A stretch of 64,000 nt of DNA from a bacterium (GTDB lineage Bacteria > Patescibacteriota > Patescibacteriia > Buchananbacterales > GWA2-38-13). Under the pieces are notes generated by a model. It worked only from the letters and a program-made list of their open reading frames with translations. It had not been told where the DNA came from and did no database searches. Positions 18,578 to 27,608 of this stretch are shown here, piece after piece; the first letter of the stretch is position 1, and each line of letters begins with the position of its first letter. Location of the stretch: assembly GCA_030648715.1 (NCBI GenBank), contig JAUSGZ010000017.1:5108-69107 (forward strand), in the 5' to 3' direction. A program made the position numbers and the translations under genes.

Positions 18578-19657
18578 CTATCCGTACCCGCGCGTCATCA
18601 TTTTCAGGTGTTCGGGGTCAACCGCCTCCGCCAATGCCTGCGGCTGCGCCACGATCCCGGCCTTGACCAGCGCCGCCAGCGACTGGTCCAGGCTCACCAT
18701 CCCCTCCTGTTGCGACGTCTGCAGCACCGATTGCAGCTGCGGGAACCGACCCTCGCGCAACAACGAATGGGTGGCTGATGTCAGGGTCAGGATCTCCATC
18801 GCCGCGACCCGGCCGCCGTCCATGCGCGGCAACAAACGCTGGCAGATGACCGCACCCAGGCTTTCCGCGAGTTGCTCTTGTGCCTGCCCGCGGACGTCCT
18901 GGGGGAACGTGGAAACGAGCCGTTCAATGGCCTGCACGGCGGTCACCGCGTTCATCGTCACATACACCAGCCGGCCGAACGCCGCCAGCTCCACGGCCGC
19001 CCGCAGCACGCCCGGCTCATCCGTTTCCCCCACCAACACCACGGTTACGTCCTCCTGCCCGCATTCCTCGAGCGCCTGACGGAACGTCGGCACGTCGCGC
19101 CCGACCTCGCGCTGGACCACGATGCTCTTGGCGTTCGTGATCAGGTACTCGATCGGCTGTTCGACGGTGAGGATGTTCTCGGACCTCCGCTGGTTGATCT
19201 GCTCCACCATCGCCGCCGCAGTCGTCGAGCGACCGGAATTGTACGGCCCGCAGGCCACGATCAGCCCGCGCTTGCGGTCCACTAGCTGCCCGATGAATGC
19301 CGGCAACCCCAGCTGATCAAGGTTGGGCACGGTCGTGGAGATCAGACGCCAGGTGAACGCCAGCCCACCCTTCTGATAGAACGCGGTTATCCGCACCCGC
19401 AGCTTCCCCTCATAGAGATAGATGAACCGGACGGAACGGTGCTGCTCCAGCGTTTCCCGCTGCATGGGATCAAGCAGTTCGTCGCGGAGCGCCTCCAAAA
19501 AATCCTTGGTCAGCACCGACGCATCGGTCACTTCGATCAACCCCGTATCCAGCCGCAGCACCGGCAGACTGCCGGCCAGCAGGTGGATATCGGAAGCCTG
19601 GCGCTTGGCGGCGGTAGCCAGGATCTTCCCGACCTCAAGATGGACTGCGGTATTCAT
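18578..19657 (-). CDS. pilT: PilT-family twitching-motility ATPase homolog with degenerate catalytic motifs
   Basis: PilT-like length and N-terminus (DIHLLAGSLPVLRLDTGLI), but Walker A reads GPYNSGRSTT (canonical GPTGSGKSTT) and the His box reads TMNAVTA (canonical TLHTNSA). The Walker B/Asp-box region VVLVGETDE is retained. Confidence 0.8.
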   Translation of the reverse strand: MNTAVHLEVGKILATAAKRQASDIHLLAGSLPVLRLDTGLIEVTDASVLTKDFLEALRDELLDPMQRETLEQHRSVRFIYLYEGKLRVRITAFYQKGGLAFTWRLISTTVPNLDQLGLPAFIGQLVDRKRGLIVACGPYNSGRSTTAAAMVEQINQRRSENILTVEQPIEYLITNAKSIVVQREVGRDVPTFRQALEECGQEDVTVVLVGETDEPGVLRAAVELAAFGRLVYVTMNAVTAVQAIERLVSTFPQDVRGQAQEQLAESLGAVICQRLLPRMDGGRVAAMEILTLTSATHSLLREGRFPQLQSVLQTSQQEGMVSLDQSLAALVKAGIVAQPQALAEAVDPEHLKMMTRGYG

Positions 19658-20037
19658 TGTGGTACAAGCGCCTTAATTTTCTTGACGACCTCCGATGGCA
19701 TGAAGTGCGCCTTGATCAGGTAGTCGGCCGCGCCCAGGTCGAGCCCGCGCTTGACCTCGTCCTTCTGGCTCAAGTTCGTCAGGAGAATGACCGGGATATC
19801 CTTGGTGGCCGCGCCCTCCTTGAGTCCCTTGAGCACCTCGAAGCCGTCGAGTTTCGGCAGAATGATATCCAGCAGCACCAGCGCCGGTTGCTTGTCCTGG
19901 GCGAGTTTTAGCCCTTTCTTCCCGTCGGCCGCGGACAGCACCTCGAACCCCTCCAAGTTCAGCTTCGTCGCATAGAGCTCGGCGAGGAATTCATCGTCTT
20001 CGACCAGGAGGATCACTTTCTTCGCGGATGTGGACAT
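19654..20037 (-). CDS. Single-domain response regulator (CheY-like receiver)
   Basis: KKVILLVEDDEFLAELY...LVLLDIILPKLDGFEVLK...KDIPVILLTNLSQKD...GAADYLIK. The phospho-acceptor Asp and conserved Lys are present. ATGA overlap with the pilT start. Confidence 0.85.
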   Translation of the reverse strand: MSTSAKKVILLVEDDEFLAELYATKLNLEGFEVLSAADGKKGLKLAQDKQPALVLLDIILPKLDGFEVLKGLKEGAATKDIPVILLTNLSQKDEVKRGLDLGAADYLIKAHFMPSEVVKKIKALVPQ

Positions 20038-20054
20038 AGGCAGCGTATCCCCAG

Positions 20055-21785
20055 TTAGAGTTTGGTCACGCGGTACACCTCTTCGAGCGTGGTTTTCCCG
20101 GACAGCACCTTCAGCAAGCCGTCCAGACGCAAGGTGATGTACTTTTGCTTCGCCAGGGCGATAGTAACCTCGCGCGGATGAAACCCCGAGGTAATGAGCT
20201 CTTGGAGTTCGGGGGTGAATTCGATGGCTTCAACGACCGCCACTCGGCCTTGATACCCGGAATTCGCGCACCGCGTGCAACCCTTTCCCTTCGTGAATGA
20301 CAGCTTCTCATGCGACACTCCCTTGGGCCAGTATTCGTCGGGAATCGCCACAATTTCCGCTTTGATCGCCGCCACCGTTGCCGCGGGCACCTCAACCGGC
20401 TTGGCACAGTACCCGCAGATACGTCGCGCCAAACGCTGCGCCATTACGACGTTCACCGTCGAGGCGAGCAGGAACGGCTCAACCCCCATATCCATCAGGC
20501 GCGGAACCGCACCGACAGCGTCGTTCGTGTGCAGGGTCGAAAGCACCAGGTGGCCGGTGAGGCTGGCGTGAATCACGAGCTCGGCCGATTCCTGGTCGCG
20601 GATCTCGCCGAGCATGATGATATTCGGGTCCTGGCGCAAAATGCTGCGCAATCCCGACGCGAACGTGTAGCCCACCTCCGGATTGATCTGCGACTGGTTC
20701 ACTCCCTCCACGTAGTACTCCACGGGGTCTTCCAGGGTAATAATATTCACGCCCTCCTTATTCAGCATGGTCAGGATAGTGTAGAGCGTGGTTGTTTTCC
20801 CTGAACCGGTCGGGCCGGTCATCAGCAGCAACCCGTTGGGCTTGGCAATACCGCGGGAAATGATCGCAATATGCGGCGCGGAAAACCCCAGGTCCTCCAG
20901 CGTCGGAACCTTCAGCGAGACATCCAGCACGCGCATCACTACCTTTTCCCCCTCGAACAGCGGCAAGGTGGAGACGCGGAAGTCGATCTCGCGCCCTTCA
21001 ATGGTCAGGCGGATGCGGCCGTCCTGGGGTTTGCGGGTCTCATCGAGCTTGAGGTTCGCCAACACCTTGATGCGGGCGACGATCGCCGAATGAATGTAGC
21101 GCGGGAGCCGCAGGCTGGTGCGCAGAATGCCGTCAATGCGGTAACGGACGCGCGTTTCATGCGGCTCGGGCTCGATATGGATGTCGGAAGCGCGGCCGTC
21201 GATAGCGTGCCGGATGATGACGAGCACCATCTTGGACACCGGCGCCGATTTCACGACCTCCTGCAGATCTTTTTCCGTCACGCGCGTATCCAGCTCCGTC
21301 ACCTGTTCGTTGACGCCCGCCAGCGCCTCCTCGGCCTCCTTGCTGAGTTCGCCGTACTGCCGGGAGGTTTGACGCCAGCCCGTTCCCGAGATCATGAAGT
21401 AGCGCGCCGTAAACCCGCTCTCCTGGGCAAGGAAATCAACGGCCTCGATCGCTTTAAAATTCTGCGGATCGACCATCGCGACCTTGACTTCGTTGCCCTC
21501 GCGGTCAAAGGCGATCATCTGGTAGTTCTCGGCCGCGGACGCGGGGATCGTATTGAGCACGTTGGGGGCAATGACCTTGCCGGTCAGGTCAATATAGGGC
21601 ACACCCAGCATCGCCGCCTTCACCTGGGTCAGCGTTTCCTCATCCATCAACCCCTCCTTCACGATCTGCCGCTCAAGCGCGACGGGGTCGGCGCCGGCCT
21701 GCTGCAATAAGGCGTCCGCCTGCTGGGCGGAGATGGTATTGCGTTCCTGGAGCGCGGTGATCAGCAGTTTTACATCGATCGGCAT
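20055..21785 (-). CDS. pilB: Type IV pilus assembly ATPase PilB (GspE family)
   Basis: Walker A LMTGPTGSGKTTTLYTIL, Asp box, His box LSTLHTNDAVGAVPRL, and a C-terminal CxxC...CxxC Zn motif (CGYCAK...CTRCANSGY). Trimmed to MPIDVKLL (ATG at 21783..21785). Confidence 0.9.
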   Translation of the reverse strand: MPIDVKLLITALQERNTISAQQADALLQQAGADPVALERQIVKEGLMDEETLTQVKAAMLGVPYIDLTGKVIAPNVLNTIPASAAENYQMIAFDREGNEVKVAMVDPQNFKAIEAVDFLAQESGFTARYFMISGTGWRQTSRQYGELSKEAEEALAGVNEQVTELDTRVTEKDLQEVVKSAPVSKMVLVIIRHAIDGRASDIHIEPEPHETRVRYRIDGILRTSLRLPRYIHSAIVARIKVLANLKLDETRKPQDGRIRLTIEGREIDFRVSTLPLFEGEKVVMRVLDVSLKVPTLEDLGFSAPHIAIISRGIAKPNGLLLMTGPTGSGKTTTLYTILTMLNKEGVNIITLEDPVEYYVEGVNQSQINPEVGYTFASGLRSILRQDPNIIMLGEIRDQESAELVIHASLTGHLVLSTLHTNDAVGAVPRLMDMGVEPFLLASTVNVVMAQRLARRICGYCAKPVEVPAATVAAIKAEIVAIPDEYWPKGVSHEKLSFTKGKGCTRCANSGYQGRVAVVEAIEFTPELQELITSGFHPREVTIALAKQKYITLRLDGLLKVLSGKTTLEEVYRVTKL

Positions 21786-21801
21786 ACGCGAGCAAAAAAC
21801 T

Positions 21802-22140
21802 TCATTGCGTCGTGGGGGTCGTGGTCCCAATGTAGGGCAGCGGTTCGAACGGATTGGTACGGCCGGTCGGCCCGGCCTCGACGGGCAACGGCACCACCTG
21901 TCGCAACTCGGTGAACTGCCGGCTGGTAAAGACCGGCGGTTCCGCATTGAATGCCGGCGGCGGCGGGTACTGCACTTGGGCGCTATCGGCAAACTCTTGC
22001 TGCCATTGGGTCGGGACCACGGCGGTATCGGTGTTCACCACGTTGGTATACAACAGCCAGCCGATCGTCACGATCGTCACTACCAGCACAAGGGTAAGGC
22101 TGATGAGTTTCCCGGGGCTTGTTCGGCGGGGGGCGAGCAT
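21802..22140 (-). CDS. Small single-pass membrane protein of the pilus operon (unknown function, Pro-rich periplasmic tail)
   Basis: MLAPRRTSPGKLISLTLVLVVTIVTIGWLLY, then a Pro-rich segment. It is tightly packed between pilO and pilB and has no prepilin motif. Confidence 0.4.
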   Translation of the reverse strand: MLAPRRTSPGKLISLTLVLVVTIVTIGWLLYTNVVNTDTAVVPTQWQQEFADSAQVQYPPPPAFNAEPPVFTSRQFTELRQVVPLPVEAGPTGRTNPFEPLPYIGTTTPTTQ

Positions 22141-22148
22141 AGTTGGTG

Positions 22149-22766
22149 CTAACGCGGCCAATAGTACGCCTGCATCGAAATGGAGAATACCGTATCGTCG
22201 CTGGCGGTAAAATTGATACTGATCACGTCGATCAGCCGGAGGTTGGATTCAAGGTTCGTCAGCAGCTGCTTGATCCTGCCGTAGTTGCCGCGGGAAACGC
22301 TCAAATCGATACGTACGGACCGCAGATCGGACAATGGCCGCGCTTCCGGCGGCACAGCTGCCTCGCCCGCGCCGCCACTGCTCGCAGCGTACTCGGTGAA
22401 TTGGACGCCATTCACCAGCAACCCGCTCTGCCGCGCGATCTCGGCGACCTGCACCAGCAGTCCGGGCAGGTCCGGCTCGGCGGGCAGCAACGACTTGAAT
22501 CGCTCGATCTGCGACAAATTGAAACGGCTTTTCCGCTCCTGCAGGGTGTGCAAGGCTTTCAGATGACCGTCCAAATAATCGGCCTGCGTCCTGGTCTGGA
22601 GCAGATTATAACGACGATGCGTGCGAATTTCCTCCCACCCTCCTTTGATGAACCACAGATACCCGCACACCAAGACGATCACCACGCTCAAAATAATGAG
22701 CTCAAGGTAAAAGCGGGAAAATACCTTGAACAGCTGGACGCGGATTTTCGGCCACGAAATGCTCAT
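22149..22766 (-). CDS. pilO: Type IV pilus assembly protein PilO
   Basis: N-terminal TM (LELIILSVVIVLVCGYLWFI), a coiled-coil segment and a C-terminal PilO-like domain (LPGLLVQVAEIARQSGLLV...ISMQAYYW). ATGA coupling with pilN. Confidence 0.7.
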   Translation of the reverse strand: MSISWPKIRVQLFKVFSRFYLELIILSVVIVLVCGYLWFIKGGWEEIRTHRRYNLLQTRTQADYLDGHLKALHTLQERKSRFNLSQIERFKSLLPAEPDLPGLLVQVAEIARQSGLLVNGVQFTEYAASSGGAGEAAVPPEARPLSDLRSVRIDLSVSRGNYGRIKQLLTNLESNLRLIDVISINFTASDDTVFSISMQAYYWPR

Positions 22767-24556
22767 GGGGCAAACTCCAAGGGCTCAAAGAATACTTCGG
22801 GGCGAAGTATCAACCCGACGGAAAAGTCCACCTGCAGGATCTGCTTGGTCACTGCGTCGGTGATGGCCGTCGCGCTGGAAATATCCGCCCGCTGGATGAC
22901 ATCAGCGGCCTGACGGAACGCGACGATCTGCCGCGCCACGCTGCGGTAGTCGCGGCCGTGCGCCGAGAGTGCCAGCGAACCGTCCGCGCCTGAAGCGAAT
23001 GTGGTGTAGTACACTTCGTCGATGGTGGTGCGCTCCAGCGCGGCAAGCGCCTTGGTCCAGTGGCGGTGCCGCTGCAGCAGATCTTCCAGCAATTTCACAT
23101 CGCGCTGGATCGCGGAGGCTTCGTCGACGAGACCGCGGTACTGGTCGATCTGTTCCACCAGGATCTTAATGCGCTGTTCTTCCCGCTCGATCTCATTGCC
23201 GATGAGATAATCGTACCAGCTGATGAGTTGGCTCATGGTCAGGACCACGAACACGCTGACGCCGATCGCCGACAGGTAGAGCAAGAACTTCCGCGATAAG
23301 TTCAATTCGGGGTGTCGGGCGTACTCTTCCGGGATCAGGTTGATCGCCAAAGTTTTTGTCGGACGCTCCACTGTTTTGCCAGGCTTGAGGGGAAGTTTGG
23401 GTGGTACCGGTTGCGGCGTGATCTTTGGAACAGGTACCGGCTGAAGTTTGGGAGCGGCCATCGCGGTTTTTGCCGGCGCTGGCGGCGGGACAGTCGTTGG
23501 CGGCAACATCGTCAGCCGAGGCGGGACCGGGGGAGCAGCCGGCGGCATCGGCTTTGGCGGCGGGGGTGGCACGGGTTTTACGGGCGGCAACGGCGCGAGC
23601 TTGGGCAGCGGCGGCAGTGACAATTTCACCGGTTTTGGCTTGCGGCGGAACAGCGACTTCAGCCATGCCCAAAACGTTCGCCGCGGCTTTTTTTGCAACG
23701 GCTGCTTTCCCGGCACGGACAACGGCCGCGGTGAAACGATCTTGACGGCGGGGACGGTCGGCTTGGGGGGCGGAGGCGGCGGAAGGAGCGGCTTGAGCTG
23801 TGGCAGCGTCGGCTTTACCGGCTTGGGAGGACGGGCAAACAACTGGAGCAGGCGCTGCCACAACGACTTTCTCGGCGGACGCGGCATCCGCGGCAACGCG
23901 GGACGGATAACGACCGGCGGTAGCACGGGAACTTTAACCTCCACGCGCGGCAGCAAAGGCGGCGGCAACGGCTGCGGCCTGACCGGCGGTACCGCGGGTG
24001 CCACCACGGGCCGGGTTAACGGCAAGGGCGGCCGCGTGAAAAACGATCTCAACCAGCCCCAAAAACCGCGGCGCGGTTTTTTGAACACCCCCACGGCCAC
24101 CCCGCGGCTCACGGATTTGCGCTGAGCGGCTTCCACCTCGCGCCTCACCGCCTCCGCCAGTTTTGCGACCTCGCGATCGTTCAGATGGTACGCACTCGGG
24201 CGCACGGACGGCGCGGCGGGCGAAACTCGCGGTGGCGCTGCCGGCCTGGCGGGCAGCGGCGGCAAGGTGGTAATGGCGGGTTTTGCCGCACCCCCACGCG
24301 GCACCACCACACGTTCCAGTCTTGGTAACGGCGTTGCGGGTAATGGCGGCAATAGTGGCTCGTTCGGGGGCAACGGCCCGGGCCGAGGGACGACCGGCCG
24401 GCCCATGCCGGCGCCCCCGTGCTGCAGCTTTGATCCTCCTGGACGGTCGGGGTTGGTCAGACGCATCTCCACCACCTTGGGCGTTTTGCTCAAACGCTTG
24501 CGCTCGGCCTCTTCCTGGCCGCGCAGTTCGTCAGGTAATAGGTTGATCTCAACCAT
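22763..24556 (-). CDS. pilN: PilN-like protein with ~410-aa proline-rich cytoplasmic N-terminal extension
   Basis: The C-terminal ~180 aa are a canonical PilN (INLIPEEY...TM helix LLYLSAIGVSVFVVLTM...coiled coil...periplasmic domain). The N-terminus begins with a second MVEINLLPDEL motif and is followed by ~400 aa of P/K/V-rich low complexity. Confidence 0.7.
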   Translation of the reverse strand: MVEINLLPDELRGQEEAERKRLSKTPKVVEMRLTNPDRPGGSKLQHGGAGMGRPVVPRPGPLPPNEPLLPPLPATPLPRLERVVVPRGGAAKPAITTLPPLPARPAAPPRVSPAAPSVRPSAYHLNDREVAKLAEAVRREVEAAQRKSVSRGVAVGVFKKPRRGFWGWLRSFFTRPPLPLTRPVVAPAVPPVRPQPLPPPLLPRVEVKVPVLPPVVIRPALPRMPRPPRKSLWQRLLQLFARPPKPVKPTLPQLKPLLPPPPPPKPTVPAVKIVSPRPLSVPGKQPLQKKPRRTFWAWLKSLFRRKPKPVKLSLPPLPKLAPLPPVKPVPPPPPKPMPPAAPPVPPRLTMLPPTTVPPPAPAKTAMAAPKLQPVPVPKITPQPVPPKLPLKPGKTVERPTKTLAINLIPEEYARHPELNLSRKFLLYLSAIGVSVFVVLTMSQLISWYDYLIGNEIEREEQRIKILVEQIDQYRGLVDEASAIQRDVKLLEDLLQRHRHWTKALAALERTTIDEVYYTTFASGADGSLALSAHGRDYRSVARQIVAFRQAADVIQRADISSATAITDAVTKQILQVDFSVGLILRPEVFFEPLEFAP

Positions 24557-24561
24557 GCTGC

Positions 24562-25704
24562 TTAGGAAATCTCTTTCATTCCCAGACCGATAGCGACGGA
24601 AAACCGCGGACCGATCTCATCCAGTGCCGGCTTCAGTTCCTCGGGACAGATGACGCGCGCCCACGGATCGCCCAAAAACACGCGGAGTTGCAGCAGATTC
24701 CCCAAGTATTGCGGAAGGTTCGCGAGCAGCGACGACCCGCCGGTGAGGATCACGCGCTCGATCGGCGGCCGGCCCTGGCTGCGGTAGAGGTTCAGGCTGT
24801 AGCGGATCTCATCGACCACCGGCGCCAGCGCCTGGACGATGGTCGTGGGGATGCTGCCCGCCGCGGTCCCCTGCTGCATGCCGATGTCGTATTTGAGTTG
24901 CTCGGCGCGGTCGAGCGAGACGTTGAGCGCCGTGGCGATTCCCCGGGTGATGGTCAGCCCGCCGACGTTGATGCTGCGGTTCAAGTACGGCACCCCGTTC
25001 TGGGCGATCATGATATTGGTCACGGTGAAATCCATATCCACCAGCATGACCGTCGCCGGGTCTGAACCGATCAAGCTGCGCACCAGCGAGAATGACTCGG
25101 TATCCAGCGCCAGCAGCGTCAACCCGGCCTCGCGGAACAGCGTCAAGTAGCGCCGCACGAGCGCTTTCGGCGCGGCCGTCAGCAGCACTCGGGTATTGCC
25201 CGCCTGCTTGCGATGTACCATCTTGCCGAAGAACCGCATGCCGTTGAACGACAGCTTCTCGGGGTCATTGGGGGTGTGTCCGCTGGCCTTGCCATCCGCC
25301 ACGGCGACCGGCGCATCGGTCGGCAGAATATCCCAATGCAGGTTCATTTCATCGATCGGCAGCGGAATGACCTTCTTGGCCTCCCAGCGCACGGCCGCGG
25401 CCAGCTCCTTGGCGGACAGTTCCGGCAACGTGATGACCGAAGAGAACACCGAAAATGCCGGCAGCGCGGAGATGGCCACGCGACTTCCCACTTTAGCCTT
25501 GCGCACCGTTTCACGGATCAAGCCAGCCGTCATCCGCAGGTCCTGTTCGCTGTCGTCCTTGGATTGGTAGTCCAATGGATGGTCAAAATAGCCGTACGTC
25601 AAGAGCCGCGGCCGGCCGCGGTCATTCTTCAGCTCAACGATTTTCACGCTGTGACTGTCGACGTCCACTCCCAGATAGCTGGTAGCAGCGGAAAAAAGAG
25701 CCAT
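24562..25704 (-). CDS. pilM: Type IV pilus assembly protein PilM (actin-like ATPase fold)
   Basis: SYLGVDVDSHSVKIVELK at the N-terminus and the PilM_2/FtsA-like fold. It is the first gene of the pilMNO-...-pilB-pilT-pilC operon. Confidence 0.85.
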   Translation of the reverse strand: MALFSAATSYLGVDVDSHSVKIVELKNDRGRPRLLTYGYFDHPLDYQSKDDSEQDLRMTAGLIRETVRKAKVGSRVAISALPAFSVFSSVITLPELSAKELAAAVRWEAKKVIPLPIDEMNLHWDILPTDAPVAVADGKASGHTPNDPEKLSFNGMRFFGKMVHRKQAGNTRVLLTAAPKALVRRYLTLFREAGLTLLALDTESFSLVRSLIGSDPATVMLVDMDFTVTNIMIAQNGVPYLNRSINVGGLTITRGIATALNVSLDRAEQLKYDIGMQQGTAAGSIPTTIVQALAPVVDEIRYSLNLYRSQGRPPIERVILTGGSSLLANLPQYLGNLLQLRVFLGDPWARVICPEELKPALDEIGPRFSVAIGLGMKEIS

Positions 25705-26075
25705 TGGGGGATGAAAAACTAAATAATTAAGCGGTAATTTCGAAGTATTTGTAACTTACAACAGGTACGATTCTGTACCCGACCGAGCGCCTGTTGATGA
25801 GCGCTGAAGTAGAAAAATTATACCACAAAATCCATGGTTCCGGATTGTGGATAGATGTCAAAAAAAATAAGCCTACGTAAGCACAAGAACCCGCCTCCAG
25901 CCCGCGAATACGGCTACTAGGGAAATCTTGAGAATTGGGCGCGAAAAACCGCCTGCGGCTGGCAAAACAATTTCCATCATCCTGCTGCCAACTTGCGGCG
26001 GGTTAATTTCCCGCACGCCTCGCTGCGGTCGTCCGCCCTAGGCGGACTCCCTTGCTGCGGCGGCGGGTAATTAAA

Positions 26076-26108
26076 AAGAGCCCGGTAACCGTGAGGTTCC
26101 CGGGCGAG
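26076..26108 (-). terminator. Rho-independent terminator downstream of the dockerin-protein gene
   Basis: Minus strand reads gcccgggaacctcacggttaccgggc followed by tcttttt. Confidence 0.4.
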
Positions 26109-26135
26109 AGAGCGGGCTGTGCGGGGCGGAACCGC

Positions 26136-27608
26136 TCAGCGGGAAGAGGGCGGGTAGCGGGCACACCCGAGCGCATCGTCGGTCGGATCGACCCCAATGC
26201 CAGGGTATGGAAGGGGCAGCTTCAACGGACTGCCGAGGAAAAGGTGCCCCAACGTCGCGACGGCGTCGGAAATATCGACATCACTGTCGTCGTTCACGTC
26301 AGCCGCGTCCAGGCAGGACAGGTCCGGGCCGCCAAGGAAGAGGTACGTCAGGGTGTAGACGGGGTCCGAAATGTCGCGCTCGCCATCGACGTTGCTGTCG
26401 CCGCGCATGAACGTGACGAGCAGCGGCACGGTCCTGATGACCAGGATGTCGTAGTTGGGAGTCGGTGACTCCTGGACAACCCCGTACCCTGTGATGAGGT
26501 AGCTGCCATCCGGGGCAACGCCAAGGTATCTAGGCACATCGCGGCCAGCGGTGCCGTAGTGGGCCTCCCACTGGAGGTTGCCTGCGGCATCGGTCTTGAC
26601 GAGGTAAACGTCAACATTGCCGGCAGTGGTGCCGTCCGTGGTGCCGGCGAGTATGAACCCGCCGTCGCTATCCTGCGCCAAGCGCAACCCGTCTTCGTGA
26701 AACTCGGGAAGCCCGAACTGCTGGTACCATGCAAGCTCGCCGGCAACATCCACCTTCAGCAGAAAGGCGTCGAAGGGCCTGCTGATGTTGGCGTACGCGG
26801 CGCCGCAAATAACGACCCCGTCGTCCACGGCGACCATCGAACGGCCGGAAAGGTGCACGGCAGCGCCGTACGAACGCTGGCCGACGACGTTGCCGCCAGA
26901 ATCGGTAGTGATGAGGACCACCTCAACCTTGCCATCGGTACTGGCACCAGAAAGCAGGAGGTACCCTCCACCGTCCAGCTCCAAAACGGCACTGGCGCTG
27001 GTGATACTGTCATCACCGAGCAACTGCAACCACTGCTGGTTGCCTTCAGCATCCACCTTTAGTAAGAGGATACGATTGATGGCGCCGTTCTCGACCGGAA
27101 CCTGGCTAGCATCGCCGACTGCCACATAGCCGCCGTCGCTGGTGGCCCGTACATCATAGAGACCATCATAGCCATCAGTTCCGTAGGTCTGCTGCCACTG
27201 CAGCACCCCGATGTCGCTCACCTTCATCAGAACGACATCGGGAACCTCCAGCACTGGAGGGTTCTGGAACACTCCAGCCATAACGAACCCATCGCTGGTT
27301 TGGTACGCGACCTGCGGTACCTCGTACCCCTCGCTGCCGAAGGCAGCTGCGGTGTTCATCCCCCCGCCTGGGTCGAGCGACAGGAGACAACTGAGGTTAT
27401 CTCCTACGCCGTACTCACGCGACACCGCGATGACGCTCAATGAACCGCCAGTACCGGACACCGCGCCGATCCCGACGTCCATCGAGCCGCCGCCGTAGGT
27501 GCGGACCACCGCCTCCGGCGGATTGCCCGCAATTGCGGGAACAACGAACATCGCGATGCAGAGCATCACCCCCACTGCGCCCAGACCGAACTGAACCCGT
27601 GTAGCCAT
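26136..27608 (-). CDS. Secreted repeat (beta-propeller-like) protein with C-terminal type-I dockerin-like domain
   Basis: Signal peptide MATRVQFGLGAVGVMLCIAMFVVPAIAG. There are ~6 repeats of a DGG[YF]hhhG ~50-aa unit. The C-terminus carries two Ca-binding dockerin loops, DSNVDGERDISD and DVNDDSDVDISD, each followed by an amphipathic helix. Confidence 0.7.
   Translation of the reverse strand: MATRVQFGLGAVGVMLCIAMFVVPAIAGNPPEAVVRTYGGGSMDVGIGAVSGTGGSLSVIAVSREYGVGDNLSCLLSLDPGGGMNTAAAFGSEGYEVPQVAYQTSDGFVMAGVFQNPPVLEVPDVVLMKVSDIGVLQWQQTYGTDGYDGLYDVRATSDGGYVAVGDASQVPVENGAINRILLLKVDAEGNQQWLQLLGDDSITSASAVLELDGGGYLLLSGASTDGKVEVVLITTDSGGNVVGQRSYGAAVHLSGRSMVAVDDGVVICGAAYANISRPFDAFLLKVDVAGELAWYQQFGLPEFHEDGLRLAQDSDGGFILAGTTDGTTAGNVDVYLVKTDAAGNLQWEAHYGTAGRDVPRYLGVAPDGSYLITGYGVVQESPTPNYDILVIRTVPLLVTFMRGDSNVDGERDISDPVYTLTYLFLGGPDLSCLDAADVNDDSDVDISDAVATLGHLFLGSPLKLPLPYPGIGVDPTDDALGCARYPPSSR

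Noticed and set aside
21802-22140. Small ORF between pilO and pilB as PilP or a minor pilin
   Set aside because: It has no lipobox and no prepilin G-F-T-L-I-E motif. It is kept only as a hypothetical membrane protein.
23448-24125. 225-aa Gly-rich ORF on the plus strand
   Set aside because: It is the antisense shadow of the proline-rich (CCN codon) region of pilN, since GGN is the complement of CCN. It has no independent start context. This is a high-GC artefact.
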